This document shows, one piece after another, positions 39,001 to 46,908 of a stretch of 64,000 nucleotides of DNA. Positions within the stretch are counted from its first letter, which is position 1. Each line of letters starts with the position of its first letter. Position numbers and translations under genes: made by a program. The stretch lies in contig CAWJLS010000001.1 of the NCBI GenBank assembly GCA_963843755.1, forward strand, positions 27,749 to 91,748, read 5' to 3'. Under the pieces are notes generated by a model. That model was given only the letters and a program-made list of their open reading frames with translations. It searched no databases and had not been told where the DNA came from. This stretch comes from an uncultured Acidobacteriota bacterium (lineage in GTDB: Bacteria; Acidobacteriota; Thermoanaerobaculia; Multivoradales; DATKCC01).

Positions 39001-39903
39001 ATGACGACGAAGAAGCGCGGCTTGCCGGTGCGGGTCAAGATGCGGCACGACAACCACTTCGTGGAGGAGCTCACGACGCGCCACGAGGTGCCGGTCGGTC
39101 GCATGGTCGCCCTGGCGAACGTCGAGCCCGACCCCCACCAGCCGCGCACCATCATGGGCGACCTCGCCGACCTGGTGGCCTCGGTCCGGGAGCGCGGCGT
39201 CCTCGAGCCGATCCTCGTCCGCCGGATCGACACCGACGGCGACGGGGAGGAGGACGGCACCGACGACGACCGCGCGGATGCCGAGCGCGCCGAAACCTTC
39301 CGCATCATCTCCGGTGAGCGCCGCTACCGCGCCGCGCAGCAGGCCGGGCTGTTCGAGGTGCCGGTCATCGAGATGGAGGTGACCGAGCAAGAGGCGCTCG
39401 AGATCGCCCTGATCGAGAACCTCCAGCGCAAGGACCTCACCCCCTTCGAAGAGGCCGAGGGCTACCAGACCCTGGCCCAGCTCCACGGCTACACCCACGA
39501 GGAGATCTCCGAGGCGGTGGGGAAGTCCCGCACCGTGATCACCGAGAGCCTCGCCCTCCTCCAGATGCCGCCGCGGGTGCGCGACGCGGTCCAGGCCCTG
39601 GGGATCACCACCAAGTCGCTTCTGCTCGAGGTGTTGAAGGCGGGGAGCGAGGAGGAGATGATCCGCCTGCTCGAAGAGGTCTCGAGCCACGGCCTCAACC
39701 GCGACGACCTGCGCCAGCGTTTGCGCCGGCGCGACCGGGCGACCAGCAAGCCGCGGCGCACGCCCTACGCTTTCAAGTTCCGGGCCCCGGACAAGAGCTA
39801 CACCCTCAACCTCACCTTCCGCCAGAGCGAGGTCGACCGCCAGGATCTGATCCAGGCCCTGGAGCAGATCCTCGGCGAGCTCCGCCAGCAGGCGGCCAGC
39901 TAG
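39001..39903 (+). CDS. parB: ParB/Spo0J-family CTP clamp protein with divergent HTH
   Basis: PHQPR, GVLEPILVR, ISGERRYRA, IENLQRKDL..FEEA, HTH THEEISEAVGKSR; ATG 39001. Confidence 0.92.
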   Translation: MTTKKRGLPVRVKMRHDNHFVEELTTRHEVPVGRMVALANVEPDPHQPRTIMGDLADLVASVRERGVLEPILVRRIDTDGDGEEDGTDDDRADAERAETFRIISGERRYRAAQQAGLFEVPVIEMEVTEQEALEIALIENLQRKDLTPFEEAEGYQTLAQLHGYTHEEISEAVGKSRTVITESLALLQMPPRVRDAVQALGITTKSLLLEVLKAGSEEEMIRLLEEVSSHGLNRDDLRQRLRRRDRATSKPRRTPYAFKFRAPDKSYTLNLTFRQSEVDRQDLIQALEQILGELRQQAAS

Positions 39904-40197
39904 GAGTCGGCGCGGCAGGACCGCGCAGACTCTCCCAGGCTCCTTCCCGCGGCCGGCGCCCGGCCGCTCGCACCCCCTCCTCTCGGCCACCCGGCGGCCG
40001 TACCGAGCAGGGGAGAGGTCCGCCTGTCGGACGGGCCTCCCCTTGCCCGCGTCCCCTCCTCGTACCCCGTGCCGCGCAACAGAGAGAACCGACGGAGCCG
40101 GGCATGTCGAGGCGGACCAAGGAGGCCGAACCGTGCCCGGCATGCTGCACGCCGATCCTTATTGAGACGATGGCGTGACCGCATATTCGCGTCGGAC

Positions 40198-40217
40198 ATA
40201 TCCACAGGTCTTCCACA
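40198..40217 (+). promoter_or_regulatory. Two DnaA-box-like 9-mers, 11 bp apart
   Basis: ATATCCACA and TCTTCCACA, each one mismatch from TTWTNCACA. Confidence 0.35.
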
Positions 40218-40443
40218 GCATCCGCACCCCTCGCGAACGACGGCAGAGCGCCGCCTGGCCGAGGCGAATCGGCCCCTCCGCCGAAGCCAGAGAGACCCGA
40301 AAGCGGGGAGCCAGGACGCGCGCCCCAGGACGGAGCCAGAGAGCAGAGCGGGGCGACAGGGCGGGGCGAGGAGACCACCAGCCCGGCATCATCGACAGCC
40401 TTTCGTCGCGCCTCGCTCGCCGTCCCGCCTTGCTCGCTCCGTA

Positions 40444-40471
40444 ACTTTACATAATGTATCTTATCGGACCC
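40444..40471 (-). other. dif site (XerC/XerD chromosome dimer resolution)
   Basis: Minus strand GGGTCCGATAA-GATACA-TTATGTAAAGT: 11-6-11 layout; XerD arm 10/11 to B. subtilis TTATGTAAACT, 9/11 to E. coli TTATGTTAAAT; intergenic; gene strand bias flips here. Confidence 0.88.
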
Positions 40472-40613
40472 TGCGTTCGGCCGGGTCTCGGCTAGATCTC
40501 AGCCAGCTCTCGGCCCGGTCGACGCCCGGTCTGCGCTCGGTCCCGAGCCCTCGATCCGCCGTCCGGTCAGATCTGCCGACCCGCTGGCCGACGTCGTCTC
40601 ACCTCTGGTCTTT

Positions 40614-41051
40614 TCATCTCTGGCCGCTCGCTCCGTCCGGCCGCCACTCGGCAGCCAGATCTTCGTCCTCCTCGAGACGGAGCTTCGCCAGCTTCGCCGC
40701 GCCCGGGATGTGCTCCGCGAGCCGGCGTGCGATCCACTGGATGAGGTTCTCGCTCGACGGGATGTCCCGTCCCGGACCGAACGCCTCGATCGCCTCGTTG
40801 AGATGATGATGATCGAGCGGCTCGAGGACTTCCGAAGCGACCAGGAGGTCGAGCGCTCCGAGGTCGACCAGGAACCCGGTCTCCGGGTCGGGATCGCCGG
40901 CGACGGTCACGAACAGGCGGTAGTTGTGTCCGTGGCCCGGAAGGTTGGCGCACTTGCCGAACCGGCGGCGGTTTTCCTCCTCGGACCAGTCCGGCCGGCG
41001 GTACAGGTGACTCGCGCTGAATCGGTAGCGACGTTCCAGGTGAATGGGCAT
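40614..41051 (-). CDS. queD: 6-carboxy-tetrahydropterin synthase / PTPS family
   Basis: FSASH, GKCANLPGHGHNY, LDHHHLN, PSSENL; ATG 41051. QueD versus other PTPS roles not resolved. Confidence 0.85.
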   Translation of the reverse strand: MPIHLERRYRFSASHLYRRPDWSEEENRRRFGKCANLPGHGHNYRLFVTVAGDPDPETGFLVDLGALDLLVASEVLEPLDHHHLNEAIEAFGPGRDIPSSENLIQWIARRLAEHIPGAAKLAKLRLEEDEDLAAEWRPDGASGQR

Positions 41052-41075
41052 GGCGCTACTGTACAATCGGTCCCC
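41052..41075. promoter_or_regulatory. Overlapping divergent -10 elements
   Basis: 24-bp gap; TACAGT (minus, 41058-41063) is 6 nt from the queD ATG and TACAAT (plus, 41062-41067) is 8 nt from the lptFG GTG. Confidence 0.6.
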
Positions 41076-43463
41076 GTGCGGTGGTTGCTCGACCGGTACC
41101 TCCTTCGGGAAATCGCAGGCCCTCTTGGCCTCGGTTTCCTCGTCTACACGTTCATCCTCCTGCTGCAGGCGCTGTTCAAGTCGGCGGAGATGATCATCCG
41201 TCGGGGGCTCCCCGTGTCGACGGTCGGCGAGCTGCTGGCCCTGTCGCTGCCCAACATCGTCGTCCTCACCATCCCGATGTCGCTGCTTTTCGGGGTGCTG
41301 ATCGCCATCGGCCGGATGTCGTCGGACAGCGAGCTGGTGGCCATGCGGGCGACCGGCATCAGCCTGCTCAGCCTGTACCGGCCGATCCTCCTCCTCTCCA
41401 CCTTCTTCTTCCTGGTCAACACGGTGTTGATGGTCTGGGTGCTCCCCTGGGGCAACCACCGGCTGCAGCTCGAGCGGCTCGACATCCTCACCCAGAGCAT
41501 CTCGACCCAGGTCGAGCCGCGGATCTTCTGGGACGAGTGGGAGGACCAGGTGCTCTACGTCTTCGAGACCTCGGAGAGCGGAGACTCCTGGCGCGGCGTC
41601 TTCCTCGCCCAGTCGATCCCGTCGACCCACACCAACCAGGTGACCGTCGCCGAGCGCGGCCGGGTCCGGGTCGATCGCGACGGCGAACGGGTCGTGCTCG
41701 AGCTCTCGAACGCCCAGGTCCACGAGGTCGACCTGTCGAAGCCGGACTCCTACCAGATCAGCTCCCACGACAGCCTGGAGGTGGTGCTCGAAGACCAGTT
41801 CTCCACCGAGCAACGGGCGCAGATCTCCGCCTCGAAAGGAGTCCGGGAGCTCAGCCTGCCGGAGCTCACTCAGTGGATGCACGACCCGAAGCGCACGGCG
41901 GAGACCCGCCGCCTGGCCCGGGTCGAGATCCACAAGAAGTTCTCGATCCCGTTCGCCTGCATCGTGTTCGGGATCTTCGCGTTGCCGCTCGGCTTCGACA
42001 CCAGCCGCGGTGGCAAGGCGTCCGGGTTCGCGCTCTCGATCCTGGTGATCGTCGTCTACTGGGTGCTGCTCGACACCGGCGAGAAATCCGCGGAGGCCGG
42101 CAACCTGGCGCCGTGGCTCGCCATGTGGGGTCCCAACATCCTCCTGTCCGGCCTCGGGCTCTTCCTGCTCGCCCGGCGCAACCGCGACAAGAGCCTGCTG
42201 CTGACCAAGATCGACCGCTGGATCCGCCGGGATCTGTGGGCCCGGGTCCACTTCTTCCAGCGGCGCCGCCAGGAGCGGGCGGCCCGCCGGCGGGCCGTGC
42301 GGCTCGAGCGGGAGCGCGCGCGCCACGACGACCCGCACCTGGTCATCCGGCTCCCCCGCGTCCGGGTCTGGGTGCCGAACCTGATCGACCGCTACGTCTT
42401 CCGCGTCTTCACCAGCGTCTTCGGCCTGGTCCTCCTGTCGGGGCTCTCGATCTACCTGGTGGCGGACCTGACCGGCAAGGCGGACGAGATCATGAAGAAT
42501 CACGTCCCCCGATCGGTGATCCTGCAGTACTACAAGTACTCGTCGCTTCAGATGTTCTACGAGATCTCGCCGATCCTCGTGCTGGTGGCGACGCTCATCA
42601 CCTTCAGCCTGCTGTCGAAGTCCAACGAGGTCATGGCCTTCAAGGCGCTCGGCGTCAGCCTCTACCGGCTGGCCGTGCCGGCGGTGGCGGCGGCGCTGGC
42701 GATCACGATCTTCACCGCCTTCCTGGAGACCGAGGTCCTCCCCGCCTCCAACGAGAAGGTGGCGCGCCTCGACGACCGGATCCGCGGACGCGAGACCGCG
42801 CGGACCTATCGCCGCGCCGACAGGCAGTGGCTCTTCGGGCAGGACCGCTATATCTACAACTACATCCACTACGACCCCGAGCGCCAGACGCTCCACCGGC
42901 TGCAGGTGTTCGAGTTCGATCCGGACACCCACCAGCTCGTCGGCCGCCTGGTCGCCCAGCGTGCCACCTACGATCACGACGGATGGTGGAAGTTCGAGGA
43001 CGGCTGGTCGCGGACCTTCTCCGACAAGCGGGTCAGCCAGTACGACCGCTTCGCCGGCGACGTCCTCGGCCGCTTCCCCGAGGACCCCCACTACTTCGAC
43101 AGCGAGATCCGCCCGCCCGAGCAGATGAGCTACGGCCAGCTCAAGGACTACATCGGCGAGGTGGAACGGAGCGGCCAGTCGGTGCCGGAGCTCAAGGTGC
43201 AGCTCCAGAGCAAGATCGCCTACCCGGCGATCAGCCTGGTCATGGCGCTGGTCGCCCTCCCCTTCGCGTTCCGGCTGGGGCGGCAGGGCGCGCTCTACGG
43301 CGTCGGTCTGTCGATCGTCCTGGGGATGGTCTTCCTGGCGATCTACGCCTTCTTCACCACCCTCGGCGAGGCCGGTGCGCTGCCACCCATGGTCGCGGTA
43401 TGGAGCCCGAACGTGGTCTTCGGGCTGTTCGCGGTCTACCTCTTCCTCGGCGTCAGAACCTGA
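41076..43463 (+). CDS. lptFG: Fused LptF-LptG LPS export permease
   Basis: Two tandem YjgP/YjgQ modules (LDRYLLREI...SSDSELVAMRATGISL; IDRYVFR...KSNEVMAFKALGVSL). Confidence 0.92.
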   Translation: MRWLLDRYLLREIAGPLGLGFLVYTFILLLQALFKSAEMIIRRGLPVSTVGELLALSLPNIVVLTIPMSLLFGVLIAIGRMSSDSELVAMRATGISLLSLYRPILLLSTFFFLVNTVLMVWVLPWGNHRLQLERLDILTQSISTQVEPRIFWDEWEDQVLYVFETSESGDSWRGVFLAQSIPSTHTNQVTVAERGRVRVDRDGERVVLELSNAQVHEVDLSKPDSYQISSHDSLEVVLEDQFSTEQRAQISASKGVRELSLPELTQWMHDPKRTAETRRLARVEIHKKFSIPFACIVFGIFALPLGFDTSRGGKASGFALSILVIVVYWVLLDTGEKSAEAGNLAPWLAMWGPNILLSGLGLFLLARRNRDKSLLLTKIDRWIRRDLWARVHFFQRRRQERAARRRAVRLERERARHDDPHLVIRLPRVRVWVPNLIDRYVFRVFTSVFGLVLLSGLSIYLVADLTGKADEIMKNHVPRSVILQYYKYSSLQMFYEISPILVLVATLITFSLLSKSNEVMAFKALGVSLYRLAVPAVAAALAITIFTAFLETEVLPASNEKVARLDDRIRGRETARTYRRADRQWLFGQDRYIYNYIHYDPERQTLHRLQVFEFDPDTHQLVGRLVAQRATYDHDGWWKFEDGWSRTFSDKRVSQYDRFAGDVLGRFPEDPHYFDSEIRPPEQMSYGQLKDYIGEVERSGQSVPELKVQLQSKIAYPAISLVMALVALPFAFRLGRQGALYGVGLSIVLGMVFLAIYAFFTTLGEAGALPPMVAVWSPNVVFGLFAVYLFLGVRT

Positions 43464-43467
43464 CGCA

Positions 43468-43490
43468 CCCCTCCCAGGAGGGGAATTTCT
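43468..43490 (+). terminator. Possible intrinsic terminator after lptFG
   Basis: CCCCTC-CCAG-GAGGGG then AATTTCT. Confidence 0.5.
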
Positions 43491-43577
43491 ACCTGTCGCA
43501 TTCCAAGATTTTCAAGAACTTCGATGGAATGACGGCGAAGCTCCGCGTCACGACAGCGTCCAGCTCCGGTTGCCGCA

Positions 43578-43628
43578 GGGGAGGGAGTCAGGCTCGGAGG
43601 GGTCGTGGAAACCACAGCCCCTCCGAGC
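43578..43628. repeat. Extragenic hairpin related to the 2752 element
   Basis: 11-bp stem GCTCGGAGGGG/CCCCTCCGAGC with inner GTGG-AAA-CCAC. Confidence 0.55.
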
Positions 43629-43962
43629 GACCGGGTTCAAGGATCTTCCCGGATGAAGCGCGGAGAGTTGCGCAGGGAGAGCAACGAAGCAGTGTGGTTC
43701 CGGGCCCGGGAGCGCACCCCTGGTCCGGCGTGGGATCAGTTGGGGAAGGGTTGTCGTGTACATGGTAGGAAAACATCGGAAGGTCTCCGGCCTCTCTGAC
43801 CTGGCGCCGCGGTCCCCGTCGTGGGCCGAGCTCCTCAGAGCCCGGACACGGCAAGTCCGGCCGTAGCAGGACCAGTACCGTCAGCGTCGAGAGAGAGTTA
43901 CTGCAAAGTCGGGGCCACCGCCCTCCCCCGCCCGGGGAGGCGAACCGACAACGGAACGGAGG

Positions 43963-44505
43963 TCAGTCGTGGAGCAGGTCGCGGGAGAGACCCATGCGCC
44001 GGAGCTCACGGGTCAGGGCCACCAGGCTGGAGGTGGTGAGCTTGCGGATCTCGTCGGCCCCCTCCCCCATCTGCTCCGCCACTTCGGAGCTCTTACAACC
44101 GAGGCCGTAGCGCAGCCTGAGGAGATCCTGGTACCGGCTCGGGAGGCGGGAGATCGCCAGGTTCAGGTCGTGCCGGAGCTCGGTCTGGGACTGGGGCGGG
44201 TCGAGCGGCGTGGCGAAGGCGTCGAGCAGGGCCGCGTCGACGGCATCGTACAGGTCATCGCGCTTGCTGCGCCAGTAGAGGCTGCACCGGTTGCGCAGGG
44301 TCGAGAGCAGCCAGGCCTTCGGGTTGCGGATGTTCTCCCACTTGAACACCAGGGCGACGAACGTCTCCTGGAGCAGGTCTTCCGCATCCTCCTGGGGGAT
44401 GTGGTAGCGGGCGAGCAGCCGGATCATGTCGTCCCGGCAGCTCTCGAGTAGCCCTTCGAACGGGCGGGTCGTATCCACGACGGCCTGGCTGGTCGCTCTG
44501 CTCAT
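43963..44505 (-). CDS. ECF-like sigma-70 family factor (paralog B)
   Basis: Region 2 (DAEDLLQETF, AWL..TLRNRC) and region 4 (LP..YQDLLRLRY...EVAEQMG). Confidence 0.85.
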   Translation of the reverse strand: MSRATSQAVVDTTRPFEGLLESCRDDMIRLLARYHIPQEDAEDLLQETFVALVFKWENIRNPKAWLLSTLRNRCSLYWRSKRDDLYDAVDAALLDAFATPLDPPQSQTELRHDLNLAISRLPSRYQDLLRLRYGLGCKSSEVAEQMGEGADEIRKLTTSSLVALTRELRRMGLSRDLLHD

Positions 44506-44664
44506 CGGCTCACACCCGCCTGCTCGTGTCGACCGGCCTCGGTCCTGGCAGGTCCGTGCCCCGGGCGCGCAGATGCCGCGAGAGCGGCCCTGGGAGCGCC
44601 GCCGTTCGCACGGGGCGCTGGGACGCTCCGGTGTAGGTCCACCTGGAGCGAATCCCTCATGGTG

Positions 44665-45207
44665 TCAGGTCTCCTCGGATTCCTTGTAGAAGCCGGTCTC
44701 CGTGAGCTGCTTGGTGAGCGCCGCCAGGCAGCGGCTGGTGATCTTGCGGATGCTCGAGGCCTGGTACCCCATGCGCTCGGCGACCTCCGCGGGCTTGTAC
44801 CCGAGGCCGTACCGGAGCCGCAGAAGGGATCGGCACCGGTCCGGAAGCTCGGCGATCGCCCGCTCCAGATCGGCTCGGAGCTCACCGTTGAGCTGGGGTG
44901 TCCCGCCCGGTTTCGCCACCAGCTCGAGGATGCTGGTGTCGACCGCGTCGTACAGCCGGGACCGCTTGCTTCGCCAGTACATGAGGCAGCGATTTCTCAG
45001 TGTCGCCACCAGCCACGCCTCTGGGTCGCGGATCTTCGTCCGCTTGTAGATCAGCGTGAGCACTGCCTCTTGGAGGACGTCTTCCGAGTCCTGGGGCGGA
45101 ATCTGGTAGCGGAAGAGGATCCGCTCCAGGCGCCCCTGAAGGCGACGGAGGAGGTCGTCCAACGACCAGTCATCCTGCTGAGAGTCGAGATTCTGATCAA
45201 GAGCCAT
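44665..45207 (-). CDS. ECF-like sigma-70 family factor (paralog A)
   Basis: DSEDVLQE, AWLVATLRNRC, LPDRCRSLLRLRY...EVAERMG; ATG 45207 preferred because TG-C-TATTCT (45221-45229) lies upstream; ORF open to 45234. Confidence 0.85.
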   Translation of the reverse strand: MALDQNLDSQQDDWSLDDLLRRLQGRLERILFRYQIPPQDSEDVLQEAVLTLIYKRTKIRDPEAWLVATLRNRCLMYWRSKRSRLYDAVDTSILELVAKPGGTPQLNGELRADLERAIAELPDRCRSLLRLRYGLGYKPAEVAERMGYQASSIRKITSRCLAALTKQLTETGFYKESEET

Positions 45208-45261
45208 GGGAAGTCTCTTCAGAATAGCATTCATGAGATGCGCTGTCTACTCGGCGTCGGC

Positions 45262-46908
45262 CTATCGGCCACCCGCCCCGTGGGCGGAACGACCAGCTTG
45301 GTCCGGGCCGGGGATCTGCGCCAGATCACCGCCTGTCTTCTCGAGTCGAAGCTCGCGTCCGTCCGGTAGGTAAAATCGCCCGCTCACGGCGACACGGGCC
45401 GGCTGAGATCGCGCGTGCAAGGTCACCCGCGCGCTCCCGACCGACTGACCGCCGATAAGCATCGGTGTGTACAGCCTGACTTCGTCCGGCTCTCGCCATC
45501 CGACGCCGGGACGCACTTCACGTCCTTCACGCCAGAGGCTGTAGCGATTGAACTCCCCCGGGTCGACACGCTCTACGTAAGCACCCTCGGTTTCGACGGA
45601 CAGGTAGTTGCCGTCCGCCAGCGCCAGATCCGTGCTCAAGGAGCTTCGATTCTCGATCGCGACGTCGAGAATCACCGTTGAACCACGCCTCGACTGTACC
45701 ACGAGCGCGGGCGCGAGCGTCGGCTCTGGCGGTTCCTTCTCGAAGATGGCGGCCAGGGCGTCGGCCGGCGGCGAGAGCTCCTCCCCCGGGCTCGGCAGGC
45801 GCTGGACCAGTAGGCCGAGCAGGTGGCCGTCGTTCGCGTCGCTCAGCCGGCGCCGCAGATTCCAGACCAGCGACGGTGCCGTGCGCACGATCCGCACCGT
45901 CTCTCCCGGCGCCAGGTCCCAGCCGGCGACCCGCGTCCGCCGCTGGGCCTGGAAGCTGTAGACCAGGCGTCCCACGCCGGCGAAGGCGTCTCCGAGCGGC
46001 CGCCGCAGATCCGGGTTGGCGGCCAGGGCGGAGAGCGACGCACGGGTGGTGACGTCGACCACGTCGCCGGACGACCCCAGGCGGCTCGCCGTGCCGATGG
46101 TGCGCACTCCGACCAGGTAGTCGACCCCGAGCTCGCCGAGCTTCGCGGCCTCCCCCGCCACCAGCTCAGGGTCCCACGACTCGGGGCGGTCCGGGGCCCC
46201 GGGGGGCTCACCGTAGAGAAACGGCACGACGAAGTCGGCCGCGCCCGCGAGATCGTCCCAGTCCGGAGCGCCGATCCACGAGCGGTCGAGGGAGATCGAC
46301 AGGAAGAGGTCGGACGGGATTTCGTCGCGGAGCCTCTCGACCAGGTGCGCCAGCACGTCGAGGCCGGCCTCTTCGCCCGCCACGGCCGGCGGGTCGCCGT
46401 CGGCACCTCCCCCGGCGGTGCCCGCGTCCCGTTGCGGCTCGAAGTGGAGATGGATGCCGACCGGCAGCAGGCCGGCGCCCTCCGCCGCGGAACGGAGACC
46501 GGCGAGCCCGGCCGCCAGGGAGGTCGCGGCACGCGACGGATCGAACTCTTTGGCACCGCCGGCCGGCGGCCACGCGCCGACGACGGTGAGCGTCACCGGC
46601 GTATGGGCGGGCGCCGCGTCGGCCAGGTCGTCGGTCCAGGGGTCGATCGCCAGGGAGCGCGCGCCGCCATCCCCCTTCCCCTCGGCGACCATCTCCCCCG
46701 CCGCCACGAACAGCTCGTCGACCCCGGCCGAGCGCAGGGCGCGGGCAGCCGACGGGGCGAGCCCTCCCATGCGGGCATCGACCCACACCGCCGACCCCGC
46801 GGGGCGCCGCGGCCGGTCGCCGCCGCCGACGCCGCATCCGGCGAGCAGCCCCAGCGCCGTCGCCAGGACCGGCGCGAGCCACACGAACCTCCGCCTCAGG
46901 CGATTCAC
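45262..46908 (-). CDS. Putative lipoprotein with degenerate GH18-like TIM barrel
   Basis: LAGC lipobox; GIHLHFEP and DFVVPFLYG resemble the GH18 DxxDxDxE and D..xMxYD strands. Confidence 0.5.
   Translation of the reverse strand: MNRLRRRFVWLAPVLATALGLLAGCGVGGGDRPRRPAGSAVWVDARMGGLAPSAARALRSAGVDELFVAAGEMVAEGKGDGGARSLAIDPWTDDLADAAPAHTPVTLTVVGAWPPAGGAKEFDPSRAATSLAAGLAGLRSAAEGAGLLPVGIHLHFEPQRDAGTAGGGADGDPPAVAGEEAGLDVLAHLVERLRDEIPSDLFLSISLDRSWIGAPDWDDLAGAADFVVPFLYGEPPGAPDRPESWDPELVAGEAAKLGELGVDYLVGVRTIGTASRLGSSGDVVDVTTRASLSALAANPDLRRPLGDAFAGVGRLVYSFQAQRRTRVAGWDLAPGETVRIVRTAPSLVWNLRRRLSDANDGHLLGLLVQRLPSPGEELSPPADALAAIFEKEPPEPTLAPALVVQSRRGSTVILDVAIENRSSLSTDLALADGNYLSVETEGAYVERVDPGEFNRYSLWREGREVRPGVGWREPDEVRLYTPMLIGGQSVGSARVTLHARSQPARVAVSGRFYLPDGRELRLEKTGGDLAQIPGPDQAGRSAHGAGGR

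Noticed and set aside
37670-40613. Region as oriC because of parAB and DnaA-like boxes
   Set aside because: Genes converge rather than diverge here, a dif site is present, dnaA/dnaN/gidAB are absent, there are only two degenerate boxes, and I found no canonical parS
41052-41075. preQ1 riboswitch upstream of queD
   Set aside because: Only 24 bp are available and no preQ1 motif is present
43548-43763. 71-aa minus-strand ORF and overlapping small ORFs in the convergent gap
   Set aside because: No RBS, no recognisable motif and atypical codon usage; kept only as part of the sRNA/small-protein candidate
44547-44562. Sigma54 promoter for ECF paralog B (GGCACG-GACC-TGC on minus strand)
   Set aside because: GG-to-GC spacing is 9 rather than the required 10 when aligned on GGCAC
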